DNA of 64,000 nucleotides from Chrysomallon squamiferum (Eukaryota > Animalia > Mollusca): NCBI GenBank assembly GCA_012295275.1, contig CM022670.1:12524001-12588000 (forward strand), read 5' to 3'. Made by a program: the position numbers and the translations under genes. The notes under the pieces were generated by a model, which saw nothing but the letters and a program-made list of their open reading frames with translations, searched no databases and was not told where the DNA came from. Below, one piece after another: positions 40,805 through 56,211 of this stretch (the stretch's first letter is position 1; every line of letters starts with the position of its first letter).

Positions 40805-41096
40805 TTTTAAGTATATTAGAAATTGTTATTGATTTGCCATTTATAAGATAAAGATTTATAAATGTTACTTAATCTTTTTAAATGCAAATATGAAAGTAAC
40901 TAAATGTCTTTGTCGTGTATTAAAAACATACGTCAGATATGAAACTCTTTTAAGTATTTTAGAAATTGTTATCGATTTTCCATTTATAAAATATAAATTT
41001 ATAAATCTTACTTAATTTTTTATGAAAGTAACTAAATGTCTTTGTCGTGTGAATATTTATTGGAACTGTATTTAAAATATACGTCAGATATGAAAC
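40805..41096. repeat. Tandem duplication, about 143-bp unit, two diverged copies
   Basis: cttttaagtat.ttagaaattgttat.gattt.ccatttataa...tatgaaagtaactaaatgtctttgtcgtgt...atacgtcagatatgaaac is repeated. Confidence 0.88.
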
Positions 41097-41380
41097 CTGA
41101 ATCCGCCCCTCGATATGACTCACTTAGCAACAAGAACGCTTTTATACAGACCTTCCCATAGAATGGAATGCTGTGAGTGTGATAAATACATGTCAGAAAC
41201 TTGTTGCCAGAACTGGACTTCATGCTTTCAATAATTAGGAATTTAAAAACAAGAAAGCTGTACGTACACATTACCATGGCTTTATATAAACAGTCCATCA
41301 TAGCATCTGGCATCGAGCATATTGATCCTGTGACTTAACAAACACCGAGGGAAGTATTCTGGTCATTAATCTACATCGTA
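41080..41380 (-). mobile_element. Diverged tRNA-derived SINE copy
   Basis: Shares ttagcaacaaga with 2670-2681. Blocks (ttagcaacaagaacgcttttata..ccttcccataga; acattaccatggctttatataaacagtc; attgatcct..) resemble, from memory, the reverse complement of an abundant gastropod SINE. Not database-verified. Confidence 0.5.
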
Positions 41381-41790
41381 CTTCTTCAGATACCTCATAA
41401 TTTTATTTTATTTGCACGTTATTGCTATCGAGGTTTGCAGTCATCAGGAGTCTGGACTAATTGTACTTGATGTTAGAAAAAAATAATAACTCTTGTCACT
41501 TATAATTGTGCTGGACAAATTGCACGCAAGGACCGATCGATTCCGGGTTGTCCCGATTCCAGATTGATGACACAGGGGACGTATGCACACAGGCTATTCT
41601 GTATTTGCCATCTGATATTAACTGTAATAACAGTCTGTCAAAATGCATATGGCTACCACTTTGTTTTATTGACATAACGTCGACAAACACGTAACCAAAA
41701 AAATAAAAAAAGTATTTATAGTAGTAGTAGTTGTTGTAGTAGCTGCAGCAGCAGTAGTAGTAGGAGCAGGAGTACTAGTAGTAGTAGTAG

Positions 41791-41846
<56 letters not shown>

Positions 41847-43325
41847 TAAATAAATAAAATAAATAAATAAATCTTTACGATAACAAAATAGAGATCCATA
41901 ATATTGTTTTCTGTTCTGCAATTTACCTGTCTGTCTACTTTATTTCTCAAACTTGTTTTAAAACATTTAAAGAAAAATATGTTTCTAAACAATTCTCATC
42001 CAACATTGGTGTTTATATATCTATTTATCAGTCTGTGTGTCTGTTTTATCTATATGTTTGTCTGTCTGTAATCTATTTATTTATTATTTATAATTATTTT
42101 CTTAATACGTTTTGTTTGTTTGTTTGTTTCTGTCTCATTTCTTTTCATTCCAAAGAAGATATTTTGTCAAAAAATTCCACAATCAATAATTTGGAACATA
42201 ACAAGTTTCAGATAAAACACAGTGGTAATTACAGAACATGACAAATACAGTTTGCATATTACAAATCTGTATTCAGAGAAGAATACATCTACATTTCAGT
42301 CGATATGTGTCTAGATAGAAAAAGTAATATTTTCAACAGTCCCTTCATTTAAATTTTTGATTCTTTTTTTAAAACTATTTTAATTATTTCAGCCTTAATT
42401 AAAATCATCACCATTATTTTAAATATGTTTATATATATATATATATAGGAAACCATGAATATATATATATATATATATTTGCATTTATATAATGCTACCT
42501 ACTCATTCAGACACACATACAGCTATAATAATGATAATTATAATAATATTAATAATAATAATAATAACAACAACAAAACAATATATAAATAAATAAATAA
42601 AATAATAAAGGAATAAACGTATCTATTGGTATCTTACACTGGGATAACTTCATTTCTGTTTTACAAAACGTGTTAAAAAATAGAGAAACTTTTTTTCCCC
42701 ATCTTTTGTCAATAAATTGACGTATCGGCTTAAAGTCTTTCTACCAATTTGACTTTTTAACAGAACATTTTCGTAGTACTGTTCGACCAGCGCATGACAC
42801 TGCACGTATTGTTCAAGTCACTTTTCTGATTTATCCTTTTACGATCCAAAGCACTTAAGTACAAAGCATGCGATTTTCCTCCACTTTCTGCAGAGCACCA
42901 TCTAGAATCGCCCTCATTAGGCCTGCTCAGCACTAACGACCAACAAGGGTAATTCTGAGGAAAAAATACAATGCTCTCCGGAGATTCGGTTGGATTTAGT
43001 TTTCAGATGTTACTGTAAATCACAATGCTTGAATGACGTGAATCTGTAATCAGCGTGCCAAAACGTTTCAACTCTGTGTCACAGAAATGTCTGTTCTAGA
43101 ATTGTACGTCAGAGGCGCGTACATTTTTTTTAATTTTGTTTTAATTTTTTTTTACCAAATTGTTTTACAATCGTTTGGGTAGATATCAGTTAGTGTGTAC
43201 ACTGGTTTACATATACAGAGGCATATAAATTATTATAATCATTTTTACAAATATAATGTATACCCAGGGAATCATATACGGAAATACAGAACGTGTGTGT
43301 GTTTGTGTTATTTTTGTGTGTGTTC

Positions 43326-43571
<246 letters not shown>

Positions 43572-45358
43572 TTTGAGCTTATCATACCAGTATTAATGTT
43601 AATACTCAATACGGTCTGACATTTTGTATTATAATTATTCAGTTACATGCTTACTTCATCTAGTATTACTGGAAATTACTTCTCTTTGTTAGCAGCACAC
43701 TGAATCATTTTCATTACTAAACGATGTTTATGGTAATATTTCTATATGTTTCAGACGACTGAATTTAGTGATCATGTATATCACACTGAAAATCAAAATC
43801 GATAAAGAGTGAACAAATAAATAGCTATCTGGTGAAACACCTACATATTTTATTTTAAACGGTCATTAGTTATCGAACATTCTTTTAGTTGATGACAACC
43901 CAGACAAAACATGCCGCCAGCTCTCCGGTGGTTATGGTAATCTGTTAGCAGCAAGCGATATTCGATGTGCACCTACCCATAGGTTTAGAAACATAGATAA
44001 GTTACCTTTGATTCACATTGTGTGAAACGGAAAATAAATCAAAGTGTGTGAACTGACAAACCACCGTGTCTCATGCTATCTTTTCAACAATGAGTCAAAG
44101 CCTGTTCTTTACATTGAGATGGACTTGAATTCGTGTGTTGATGGCTATGTGCGTTTTATATTGTCAAGTGTATGTTATGCAAATGGTCATACAGATGTTT
44201 ATTGAAGCAGTTCATAATTATGCACGTAAATTATGACCGTATCGGTGGTTTTACACGTGTATGTTGGTGTCTTCATGGCTATACATACATTCATCTGAAT
44301 GTGTTTGAGGATATGTTAATAAAAATGCACGTGTGGTCATGTTATACAGGTGTATGTTGATGGCTGTGCAAGGGTGTATGTCACAGAGAGTATGCATTCT
44401 ATCAGCTGTTGTTTATGTGAGGAGTTCATTGCTGTCATTAGTTAACACATGTCATTCTCTCCCAACATATGGGACCATAAACGTGTTAATGGTAGAATTA
44501 GTGAAACAGCCACATGATCATTGATAATTAGTGGGAAATAATTGTCAGATACCAAATTTACTTCATTCTGTAATGTCGGATGGTTTTATACGTGTATGTC
44601 GATATAAATTAGTATGGTAAATTGAAATTTAAGAAAAAGAAAAAAAAAAAACATTCCCGAACACCCCCGTCCTCTTAATTTAGTACAAATTAATATATAG
44701 ATATAGCAACAAATAGGGGAAATAATTAAAAACCACACAGGCTAAAATCTGCTATCACATTCCACGCCATCTTTTGTCCTCGATTGAAACATCTTCTTCC
44801 CTTGCAGAAATAGCGTTTATAATCAATTCTCTACAAAAACGTGTTCGGTAGCGGGTCCATTCTTTCCCAAGAGACGTAACCCGGCAATTGTAGATTTAAT
44901 GTGGAATTGTAACCGACAGTGCAATTTGTAGACTTGAAGTTCCATCAAACGAAGAGAGAAAACTCTGGTGCCGATGTTATGACACTGAAGTTTCCAGAAT
45001 TGATCACGGGAACCATAACGACAATGCTGTGTTGTAAATCAAGCCTTCTTAGACAGAGCACCGATCAGATTACTACGTTTGGGCACTCTGAATTTAGAAT
45101 AAATGAAACATGTCAAGATAGCTTCCCGAGGGAACTGGAGTTACTGTCCCCAGCATGTAAGAACTCAATCAGGATCCATTTTACTCTACTCGTTAGTGGA
45201 AGGTGACGATAATTTACTTTACTTTGTTACTGTAGTTAGCCTACAAGCACGTAATAATAATTTACTTCGTTACCATCCTTGGACTCATTTGTACGTGGAA
45301 GAATGATAGGACAACTTCCCATTCACGTTGTTTTCGTAAAGATAGACATGGAAACACA

Positions 45359-45400
45359 CATACATACATACATACATACATACATACATACATACATACA

Positions 45401-45488
<88 letters not shown>
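45359..45488. repeat. (CATA)n-(TTA)n compound microsatellite
   Basis: Direct reading. Confidence 0.95.
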
Positions 45489-45489
<1 letters not shown>

Positions 45490-46518
45490 CGTACATTCGA
45501 GAATGCATTCCCCGGAAAACACAAATCCGGAAACACACACGCGTAAAATTTGCAATTTTTGAAAATAAATATTTTAATATTACCTGAATAAATTAAAGTA
45601 ATAAAACAAACAAACAAAAAAGAACAATTAAATAAACGGACAATTTTACTTATGACGACTTAAAACGCGAATCTAAAATGTGTTTACTCATCTGCAGGAC
45701 GGTAGCCTGCATCTTTAACAGTTGTTCGGATCATTTGGCAATTCGTTCATGTTCACCTATATTACCCATCACGCTGTTCTGCTAGACACTCCGAGTTAAT
45801 TTACCAGTTCAGACGATCAGCAGGACGGGTCCTGGTTTCTGTAAAGTGGGTCTAGAAGATTAAACCCCAGAGAAAAGATGAAACCAGTCTCACTGGCAGC
45901 TTTACATAACTGAAAGAAATGTGATATAGCAGTGATTAAATAAATGTATATATTATTATTTTAATTTTTATTTTATTTTATTTTATTTTATTTTTTTTTT
46001 TCAATTTCATGGGTTAAAAAGAAAATCGATTTCCACGTTTTATGATTAATTAAATTGTGTGTATGTGGGGGTTTCACGATGTTTAAATTTTGCCTCGGTT
46101 TTGCATAAAATAGGAGAAATGTGCTTATATTTCTTTAATAATTTATTAATTTGTCAAAAAATAATTTAAAGCCCTTCGTGCGTTAGGTATCTGTGTTATT
46201 TTAATGAATGGAAAATACACAGAAATTTTAAACAGTTTGTTGATTTCAACGACAGCACCGGAGCACACGAATAGATTTTTGTATTCACTTACATTTTTAA
46301 CCATAATTTTAATTTTTAAATCAGTTATTGACTATGAAATATTTCATAATTTTGACAGTTAGCCATTGAATGAAACCCGTCACGTTTTTAATTCTATTAG
46401 CAACAACGAATATTATACATGAATCTCTCATAATCACAACACATACCACAGATTTTAGGTACCAGTCTTTTTTCTTTTTCTTTTCTTATCTATATCTATA
46501 TCTATCTATCTATCTATT

Positions 46519-46587
<69 letters not shown>

Positions 46588-46667
46588 ATATATATATATA
46601 TATTTTATGTACCAGTCATTTGACTTTATTGGTAAAAGAGAACAAAAAAAAAAAAAAAAAAAAAAAT

Positions 46668-46756
46668 CATCGCGTCCCTGAAGAGGATCGAACCCTCCAG
46701 ACGAGCGCGCGCACTTATCAGACGTGGATTTATGTCACTTGGCTGAACACTGCCCC
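46668..46756 (-). mobile_element. tRNA-derived element (SINE head or tRNA pseudogene)
   Basis: On the minus strand: B-box GGTTCGATCC (46694-46685) in a T-arm-like hairpin GAGGG-TTCGATC-CTCTT, A-box-like CAGCCAAGTG upstream, then a 23-nt T run (46666-46644). The cloverleaf does not close. Confidence 0.45.
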
Positions 46757-47412
46757 ATCTAGCGGTCATACTATCTAAAAGTGTTAGTGGGTCTAGAAAG
46801 ACAAATGAAATCGGTATGCAGACGAGTTTAGATTATTCTGAATGTGACACAAAATCAATACAAACATGTTACTTAAGAAAAGACGTTTACTTACACACAG
46901 TCTAGCTGCGAGACGACAGAAAAGAACAGATAACAGTAGACGGAGAAAGTGAGTCAGTTAATAAGTACAAAAAAAAAAAAAAAAAAAAACAGTCGAGTTT
47001 GTTTGTTCACAAAGAAACAAGGCGTTAGCAGTATTTCAGATTTTTTAAAACGAAGAAAGAAAGAAGGGAACAATAATGATAAGGAAAGGAGAACAGATAA
47101 ACATTTCTTTTGACTTGTCCCCTGTATGCAGATTGTTTTTCTGTACTTCTTTTTTTTTCTTCCCTTTTCCTTTCTTTCTTCCTCTGTTCCTTTTTTTCTT
47201 TTTATTTGCACGCACGTATGTAAGCATTCATACCTGTATTTATATGTATGTATATAGACATGTATGTTTTTATGTACGTTTGTATGTATAAATTTATTTG
47301 CCTATAAATATGTCTGTGTACATGTAAGTATGTGTGTGTGTATAAATCTGTGATGTATGTATGTATCTATTAATATGAGTACTGTATGTATCAAAACTAA
47401 TATCTCTAACAA

Positions 47413-47443
<31 letters not shown>

Positions 47444-47767
47444 GGTAATCTTCAACAAAAACACAGTTTTTACTTCAGGAAATATTCTGTCAGAAATTAT
47501 ATATTATATCCATTTGTTGTTACGTCTGGCTTTTATCATACTTTGATAAAAGTAAAATGAAGAAAAATGCCTCTGTTTAGCTATATCATAATTAGATTTC
47601 TTACCAACACGATCCCTTGAGTCTTCGTCGACGTTTTCTGAAGACAAAAATATTCTATTGGTTAGAATAAACCACAATATTATATAGTGTATCTTAATAA
47701 CATGATTATATTCCTTTATTGAAAAAAAAAAAAACCTATATATAATACATAATAATAAAAATATATA

Positions 47768-47799
<32 letters not shown>

Positions 47800-48179
47800 C
47801 ATCATCACCAGCAGCATCATTAGAAGATGCTGGAACTACGAATAAAAACAAAAATATTTTCAAATAAAAATTTGGTGACAAATCTCGTCTTTTATAATAG
47901 GTTCACAAATAGCGAGAAACACGTGGGTCGTGAAATATTTGACAAAAAGCTAAAAAATAAAAATCTTTTCGTTCGGCCTTTTCAGTTTTAAAATAAGTAA
48001 ATAAACACAGAAACAACTAAATAAATAAAGCAAGAACATTCAGTGAATTAACAGCAGAATAGAACTAGTCAAGCATTTAAAAAGATTTTTATCGTAGAGT
48101 TTTAGATCATAAGACTATTATGGGATTTGTTTGTTAGAGCGAATGCGTCTTTGAATGTGACTGTATGTGCATGTTTGTC

Positions 48180-48265
<86 letters not shown>

Positions 48266-48804
48266 TTGGATATTCATATCTCAGTTGCATATGAATATGG
48301 AATTTGATCCTGGTGCGTAATAGCTATCAAGACGGCGACTTAACAAGTGGACCAAAAAAGATGCCAGGTTCTTTATTTGAACATGCAGGGTAAAGTAACA
48401 TTGATTTTAAGTATGCTGATTGGAGGAAACACTCATGTGACGATTGGTCTCAATCCATGTTTCTTTATTCCGCGATCGTACTGTAGTAATTTCCTAATTC
48501 GTCAGCACACCGGAAATGAACTAATACTTTCAGCTCTTATGCAAACATTTTTCACAAGTCGAACGTGAGGGGATTTAATGAATGAAATTCATGAGATATG
48601 AAACGTTAGATGGATTAATTGCAACTTTTATTACAATTTTTTCCATGCTGCTAAAAAATTTTTATTTTTTTTTTTTTTTTTTTTTACCTCGATCTATATC
48701 AATGTCCATTACAATAATATTATCGTTTCATTGTATCATCTGAAAAAAACACTTTATTTATATTATTCCTTAATACCACATACTTTGATGTTGAAATACA
48801 TGTA

Positions 48805-48859
<55 letters not shown>

Positions 48860-49429
48860 ATGTATGTATGCATGCATGCATGCATGTATGTTTGTATTTA
48901 TGTATGTATGTATGTATGCATGGATGTATATATGTATAGGCTAACAAAAACAAAATATGCATTTGTAAATTAATCTGTCTATCAGTGAATGAAGAATTCA
49001 TGTGTATATATACATACATTTGCATATATTGGCAACAGCCAATTCTCTTTACGCTGATGACACACTATTGCTCACCCCAGTGGCGGTCTGTTTGATTTGC
49101 TGACACACATTAAATTTGTTTAGGTATAACACCGCGATATCGAATGAAATCAGAACAAAACAACATTTGATTCCCACTGCTTCCATGTAATTGTTTCCAA
49201 ACGACAGTAGTAATTATTGCAAACACCTCGACGCCATTATCCAGAATTCAGGGCTTTTTTTCGACACTTTTCTCTACACGAATAATGGATACGATCCGTT
49301 GCTGTTTTCATCAAAGAAAAAGAAGAAAAAAAATGTTGTCGTTGTTGTTTACATCACTCGATTATAAAACGTAGAGTGAGGCACAAACGTGTATTGTATT
49401 ATATTGTTAACTAATTCACGCCTTAATTG

Positions 49430-49689
<260 letters not shown>

Positions 49690-51264
49690 TTTATTTTATT
49701 ATTTTTCTTCTTAGCTGTATTGAAAGAAGAATGGGTTATTGGAATATTTGGGATTATCGGAATATCGACAGAACTTTTATTGGTCCTGAAGTGTTTCGAG
49801 CTCATAATCTCCTGCTTTGTCGAATTACAGCGCTGATGTAATTCAATAGCTCGGTGAGGAGGACTTGTGTATTCATTAAGGGATTTGTGCCGTTCCAGCT
49901 CGTAAAACAAATTATGTGATAATTATACGTTAATATTGAACACAGCCATCTTGTTCCTGTATGGAAATATTTGTACAGTTCAATTAAATATGAATATTTA
50001 CATTTATATATGTATGTATGTATGTATGTATGGTGGTGTGTTTATGTATGTACGTATCTATGTATGTGTATGTATGGATGTGTGTTTGCTATTTGTATGT
50101 ATGTATGTATGTATGCGTGTGTAAACCTGTATAATTATGTATAAATGGTTTAAGGAGTTATTTAACATAAAAAAACGTAGCTTGGGTGTTTATGTATCCA
50201 TCTGTGAGTATGTGTATCTGGATCTGCGTCTGTTACGAACACACACCTATGTCAGTATATTTTAATCTATAGGACGATTTTCTTAAAGTACAAGAAATAA
50301 TAATTAGTATCTGCCATTTATTTTCTTAATACATAAAGCCACAAAAATTACTATTTATCGTGATAACTATTCATTTAACCCCGTCATTTAAATGCATGGA
50401 TTCTAGTTTTGTATTCCGAGAAGAAATTTATAAACGTAATTTACCTAAGACTTGGAAGCAAATGTCGCGTCGTATGCAACATTATAGACCAAAATAGACA
50501 GTTTATTTCCTTTGTTTTTAAATAAGCTCATAAGAGCAACGAGATGCAGTATGAATATTAAGATATCTTGTTTGTCCAAATTTGTCTCCTCTACCTTAAT
50601 TTTCATTCCTCGAATTTGTAATTACGAAATATTATAAAGAGATTGAAGATGAATGAGTCTTACTCTCATTCTTCGATGCCACGGATACTGGAAACGCAGT
50701 CAGTTCAGGAAAACGATAAAAATCTCTGATCAAAAATTATTAATTCTACCAACGATCTTTAAGCTAATGCCATAGTCGGCCACGGAGAATCATATGCATG
50801 AAACTTGGTCAAATCTACATATTTGACAATCACTGTTCGCATCGGGAAGCAAGCGTCGTAAGCTGTGTTGTAGAAAATGGGAATACACGATGTAAGCTCG
50901 TGATTAGTGCGGTGCTCCGCGCGCAGAGGAGGGATTACCCCCAGAGAGACGAAACTCGCTGTTTGTCGCCAGACACGAAACCTCGAGTTCTCGGCGAGAC
51001 GGGCACGTCTGACATTTCATGTTTTTATGAATATTTTTTCATATTTATAAGTTTACTAAATGCGAAGACTGTGGCTGCTTAGTAACGTACAGTGAATTAA
51101 TAACGAAAGGTGCCCGAAATCTGTAATAGATAAAACTACGATGAAGCTATCTCACGAGAGTCTTAGTGTTCAAAACTTTTTTCAAAAGATTAAATAGCGC
51201 GTTTATTGGGAAGAATTACAAGAACAATAATAATTATTGTTTATTTTTCTGTTTTCATTCTTCA

Positions 51265-51336
<72 letters not shown>

Positions 51337-51854
51337 CATACGTGCGCGCTCACACACACACACATTTTTTTTTTGTCCTCTCTTATTTTGCACTATTAAA
51401 CTCTTAAACTAAGCTGCTAAAAATACATTCTTTTAAGACAAAATAATAAATTCTTTAATCTGACCAACAGTGATTTTTCTATTTTCAGTTCTAATTCACA
51501 ATAAGAGGGAATCACAATAAACAAGTCCACACAGTGCACAGTTGTTTAAACGTATTTGGGATTTATTTGATAAACACAGTCTTTTAATAGGATAACAGTG
51601 TTTTTATCATACCTATTTCTAAATATCTATTCATGGCTTCAACAAAAGACGTCAAGCCAAGGAAGTGAAATATGTATATATATATTTTTATGAATATATG
51701 TAAATACGCTTTTAATAAATTGATATACATATATGATGTCTGTATATGTATTTAATTTATTGTATGCAATATATATATGTATATGTATATCAAGTTTTGC
51801 TCCTGTTGTTGTTCGTTTTGCTCCTGTTTTGCTCATGTTGTTGTTTCTACGGAT

Positions 51855-52160
51855 TTATGTATGTATGCATGTATTAATGTATCTCTACATATATGCCTGT
51901 ATCAATGTATGTATGCCTGTATCAATGCATGTATGTATGTACCAATGTATGTCTCTATGTATGTATGTGTATGATGTACACGTATGTGCTATGTATCATG
52001 TATGTGTGTATGTTATTAAAATATGTACTATATACGTATGTATGCATGTATGTGTGTGTATGATGTACACGTATATACTATGGATGCATGTATGTATGTA
52101 TGTTATTAAAGTATGTGCTATGTACCTATGTGTATGCATGTATGTTATTAAAGTATGTAT
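51855..52160. repeat. Degenerate TATG-based low-complexity/minisatellite tract
   Basis: Recurrent tatgttattaaa.tatgt and atgcatgtatgt units. Confidence 0.8.
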
Positions 52161-53059
52161 CTATTGTCCTTTTATTTCAGTATTACTCCTTGCCTGTTTA
52201 TTTCTCTGTGTCTGTCTTTCTGTTTGACTGTGTATCTGTCTCTATTCCTCTCTATCGCTGTCTCTCTCTCTCTTGCTAAACAATACAAACACACATACAC
52301 ACAAAAACACACACACACACACACCAATGCATATGTAACAACACCATTTTTCATTCTAACTATCACCCATCATTTGATATATATATATATATATATATAT
52401 TAAAGAAGTCTTAATTAAGCGCTTTTCAAAAATTTATGACATCGTTTTGCGATACGAGTGCTGCAGTAGCAGCCAGCTGAGATTATTAATAGTAAAATCG
52501 ACTGCCACGTTTTTACTATACTCCAATGTCCCCGAGTCAAGCGCGATTTATGCAGAGCATTCGTTTGATAACGTCAACCATATGTGTTTGATGGCGGTAG
52601 CGGCGCGTCCGTTACTATGGCAATTATCGGGGTATTTCCAATTTCAAACGTCACTGGCGTACAGGAAGCAATCTGAATATAATATTTCACTGTCGAACTC
52701 GTGGGCTTCGGAAACATCGTGAAGAACCACAAACGAATGATGATGGCAATAACTTTTCGGTGAAAGCGGTAGACTGTTTAGGAAGATTTAAAAATAAATA
52801 AGCAAGCAAGCAAGCAAACAGACAAACAAATACATAAATAAATAACAAACAAAACAAATAAAGAAATATGTTTTCTTTATTTCTTTCTGTCATTCATCCT
52901 TTCTTTCTCTTTCTGTATTCTACATTTAGCCATTTTATAAGCAAATTATTTTTCGTGTGTAATTGTAAATGATTATTTAATCCAATTACTAAAATTGTTG
53001 TTTATTAAAGTTATTTCAGTTTTTATTCTTTATGTAAAGAAAACAAGTAGTCTTGTATT

Positions 53060-53315
53060 ATCTTTTCAGCTAGATGAGCGAAAGGTACCGTGATCAATTC
53101 TTGTCAGTGGACCCTTGTCTTCACTACAGTCAATACTCTGTTATCCGTTCATCAAAGGAGGTGATATTAAATTCCTACCATTGGAGAAAATAGACAAACT
53201 GATTCTAACAGATAAATACTGAGGGTTTTCTCAGAAGAATATAGACAATTACCGATGTTTAAAAGTGACTGATTATCTAAAACGAGGGAACTAATAATTA
53301 AACAAAACAAATTTA
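53060..53315 (+). mobile_element. Highly diverged SINE copy
   Basis: Decayed B-box region (aggtaccgtgatcaattc), then atcaaagg..gtgatat, gggttttctc...caattaccgatgttt and an aaacaaaacaaattt tail. Block order matches the recalled gastropod SINE; not verified. Confidence 0.4.
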
Positions 53316-54708
53316 AAACAAATTATTTAAGCTCTGTATCGAACGATTTACGTATCTGAAAAGGATTCTAGCCGTCGTAGTCATGGAAGCGTGAGAAAAG
53401 AAAAGAAAAAAAAAAAAAAGGATTGTCGTGAAATTCCGTTGAGTGCATCCAGCATAAATAATTAATATGCACCAAACTGCATCCCACCCCAGGGACAGTT
53501 AAAATAAGTTCCTTAATTGATAATCGGATTTGAGTCGGCTCGCTGGGACACTTCCAGAATCATCCCCCATCGAGAAGATTATCCCCTCCCTGGGAGACGG
53601 CCCGGATTTCAACCCATGGAGATGATACGTGGCATAACCCACACACCAGATGTTACTAGACACTGAGTAGATTTCTACTTCCTTTTTTTTAACGTTTATT
53701 TATTAATACTAAACCAGAGTGAAACAATTACTGGCTGTTTTACAGGCCGCTTGTAATTATACACATCCGTGCATGGAAATAAAGAGCGGTATGTAAAGAG
53801 ACCGTGAGACAAACAGACACAAATACAAACATAAAAACACATCACACATTCAAAGGCTTTCTGCTTTCCTATCTCACACACTGACACTCTCTATTACATC
53901 GTATCGGTTCTCTATCACATACACAAACATACAAAACATCCAAACACAAAACTCACACATTATAGACAGAGGCAGTCGTTTCACAAAGACAACAGCTTGT
54001 ATTTTTACATAATGATTTTTGTAAACAGAGTGTTAACAGACTTTGAACTAAATGAGTTAGACGGACAAACACGCTTTTTGCTACATTATTAGTTTTATTT
54101 TATTTTTTTTTTCTTCTTCTTCTTCTTCTGTTTTTTCGCCTCTGTCGCAAACACCGTCACAATCAAAATTACGAATTAAATTCTTCATTTCGGTATTATT
54201 ATCGAAGCAAAACCCTGACAAAATAAAAAGGCCAAAAGGTTAAAAATGGTGAGAAATTTATAGCTGAGATGAGTTAGTAATATTCACCCCAAACCCCTCG
54301 AGATTAGCAACAGACAGAGAATAATGGCTGGTTCGATTTAATGAACTTTGATAATTAAATTGATTGACCGATGTGATAGATTAATGTCATATGTAGTGAA
54401 ATGTTGTGTGTGCAATGACTTTGGTTAAATTATACACGATGATTTCGAGGTGTCCGCTCGCGGTATCGTATTGAACGCATAAAAATATAGTTTGTGTATG
54501 AATCTACCCACGCATAGATACGTTAATTTATTCATACATATGCATGCTCATATCTGCTTAATATTTGATATATATACCTAGTATTATTACTTATTTTCGT
54601 CTGGAATTATTTTAAAAGTTTAGATGGTTGTTTCTCTATTGATACACTCCGATCCATCTTCTGTCCATCCATTCATCCATTCAGTGCAGATAATTATTAT
54701 ACGATTTT

Positions 54709-54747
<39 letters not shown>

Positions 54748-55717
54748 TGTAGACGTATATTTTATACTAAAATTAATTAAAACAAAACAAATTAATTAAT
54801 GGAATAACATTTGTTTTCTTTCTTTTTTTTTTTTTTTTTTTAAAAGTAAAGAAATTATACAGTTTAAAACAGAAAACTCCTGGTTCGACTCCAACCAGTA
54901 CCAGTTTTGAGCGTTGACGTTTACAAATTAACTGCAACCGTCGTGGTATATTTTCAAAACGACATTGCAAACACACAGCGAGTTTTCACCATACAAGAAC
55001 AACATCATTTATCATAGGAGTGTTTGTCCACGGCATACAAATGTAGCTATAAACATTATTTCTCTCGCAATTAATTGCCTTTGTTTTATTGGGAGAAGCA
55101 ATAAAACGCACTACAGCGTCACCAAGTCATCGATTCCTTGGTCTTTGTTGAAGTACTCGCCTTTCAGGATCATATTTTTACAATGTTTGCCTTCACGAAC
55201 GCCTTGATATTTTTTTTTCTGCTTTTGTCTCGACATTAAATGCTTGAAATAAATACAAGTTGCTAAATTGCTTTAAATTGGTTGATAGCTTATTTTATTG
55301 CGTCCACAGACGCGCGTGCACGCACCAACATGCAGAGTCGGGTTTACACGGACACGATGACATGCACGTACGCAAGACATACATGCAAGGAAAACATGCA
55401 CGTGCGCACGCACATGAATACATAGGCATGCACAAACACATAATCCATACAAACACACACACACACACATGTACAAGTACATAATACATACATAAATACA
55501 TGCATACATACATACATACATACATACAGATACATACATACACACTTTGGTTCATATATAAACACATACATACGCATACATACATAAAAATATTAAGCTG
55601 ATAGATGTTTAGATAATTACATCTGTTATATTTATTGTCGCTAAGAATAAAATAATTTTCATTATAATAATTTATGTCGTATACTCATCAGCATTATTTT
55701 TATTATTGTTGTTGTTG

Positions 55718-55748
<31 letters not shown>

Positions 55749-55974
55749 TGTTGTTGTTGTTACTGTAAGGTTGTCACTTGAAACATACCAGCAGCACTTG
55801 TGGAAACAGACGTAGAGTAATATCAGTTTCACTAGAAACTTTATAGCAAATCAATTCTCGTTCAGATTTCCACACCCAATAATAAAACAAAACAGTAACA
55901 GATCGTATACACTTGTTTATCATCACTTTGTTCTAAATACGTAACAGCGAGAAACACATTTCATGTTATAGATT

Positions 55975-56086
<112 letters not shown>

Positions 56087-56167
56087 ATATATGTATGTAT
56101 ATATGTTTGTCTATCTGTCTATGTAATCTATATATCTATACATATCTGTCATCTATCTATCTATCTA

Positions 56168-56211
<44 letters not shown>

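Noticed and set aside
54878-54902. GGTTCGACTCC B-box / tRNA T-loop
   Set aside because: No A-box or cloverleaf upstream; an isolated fragment at best.
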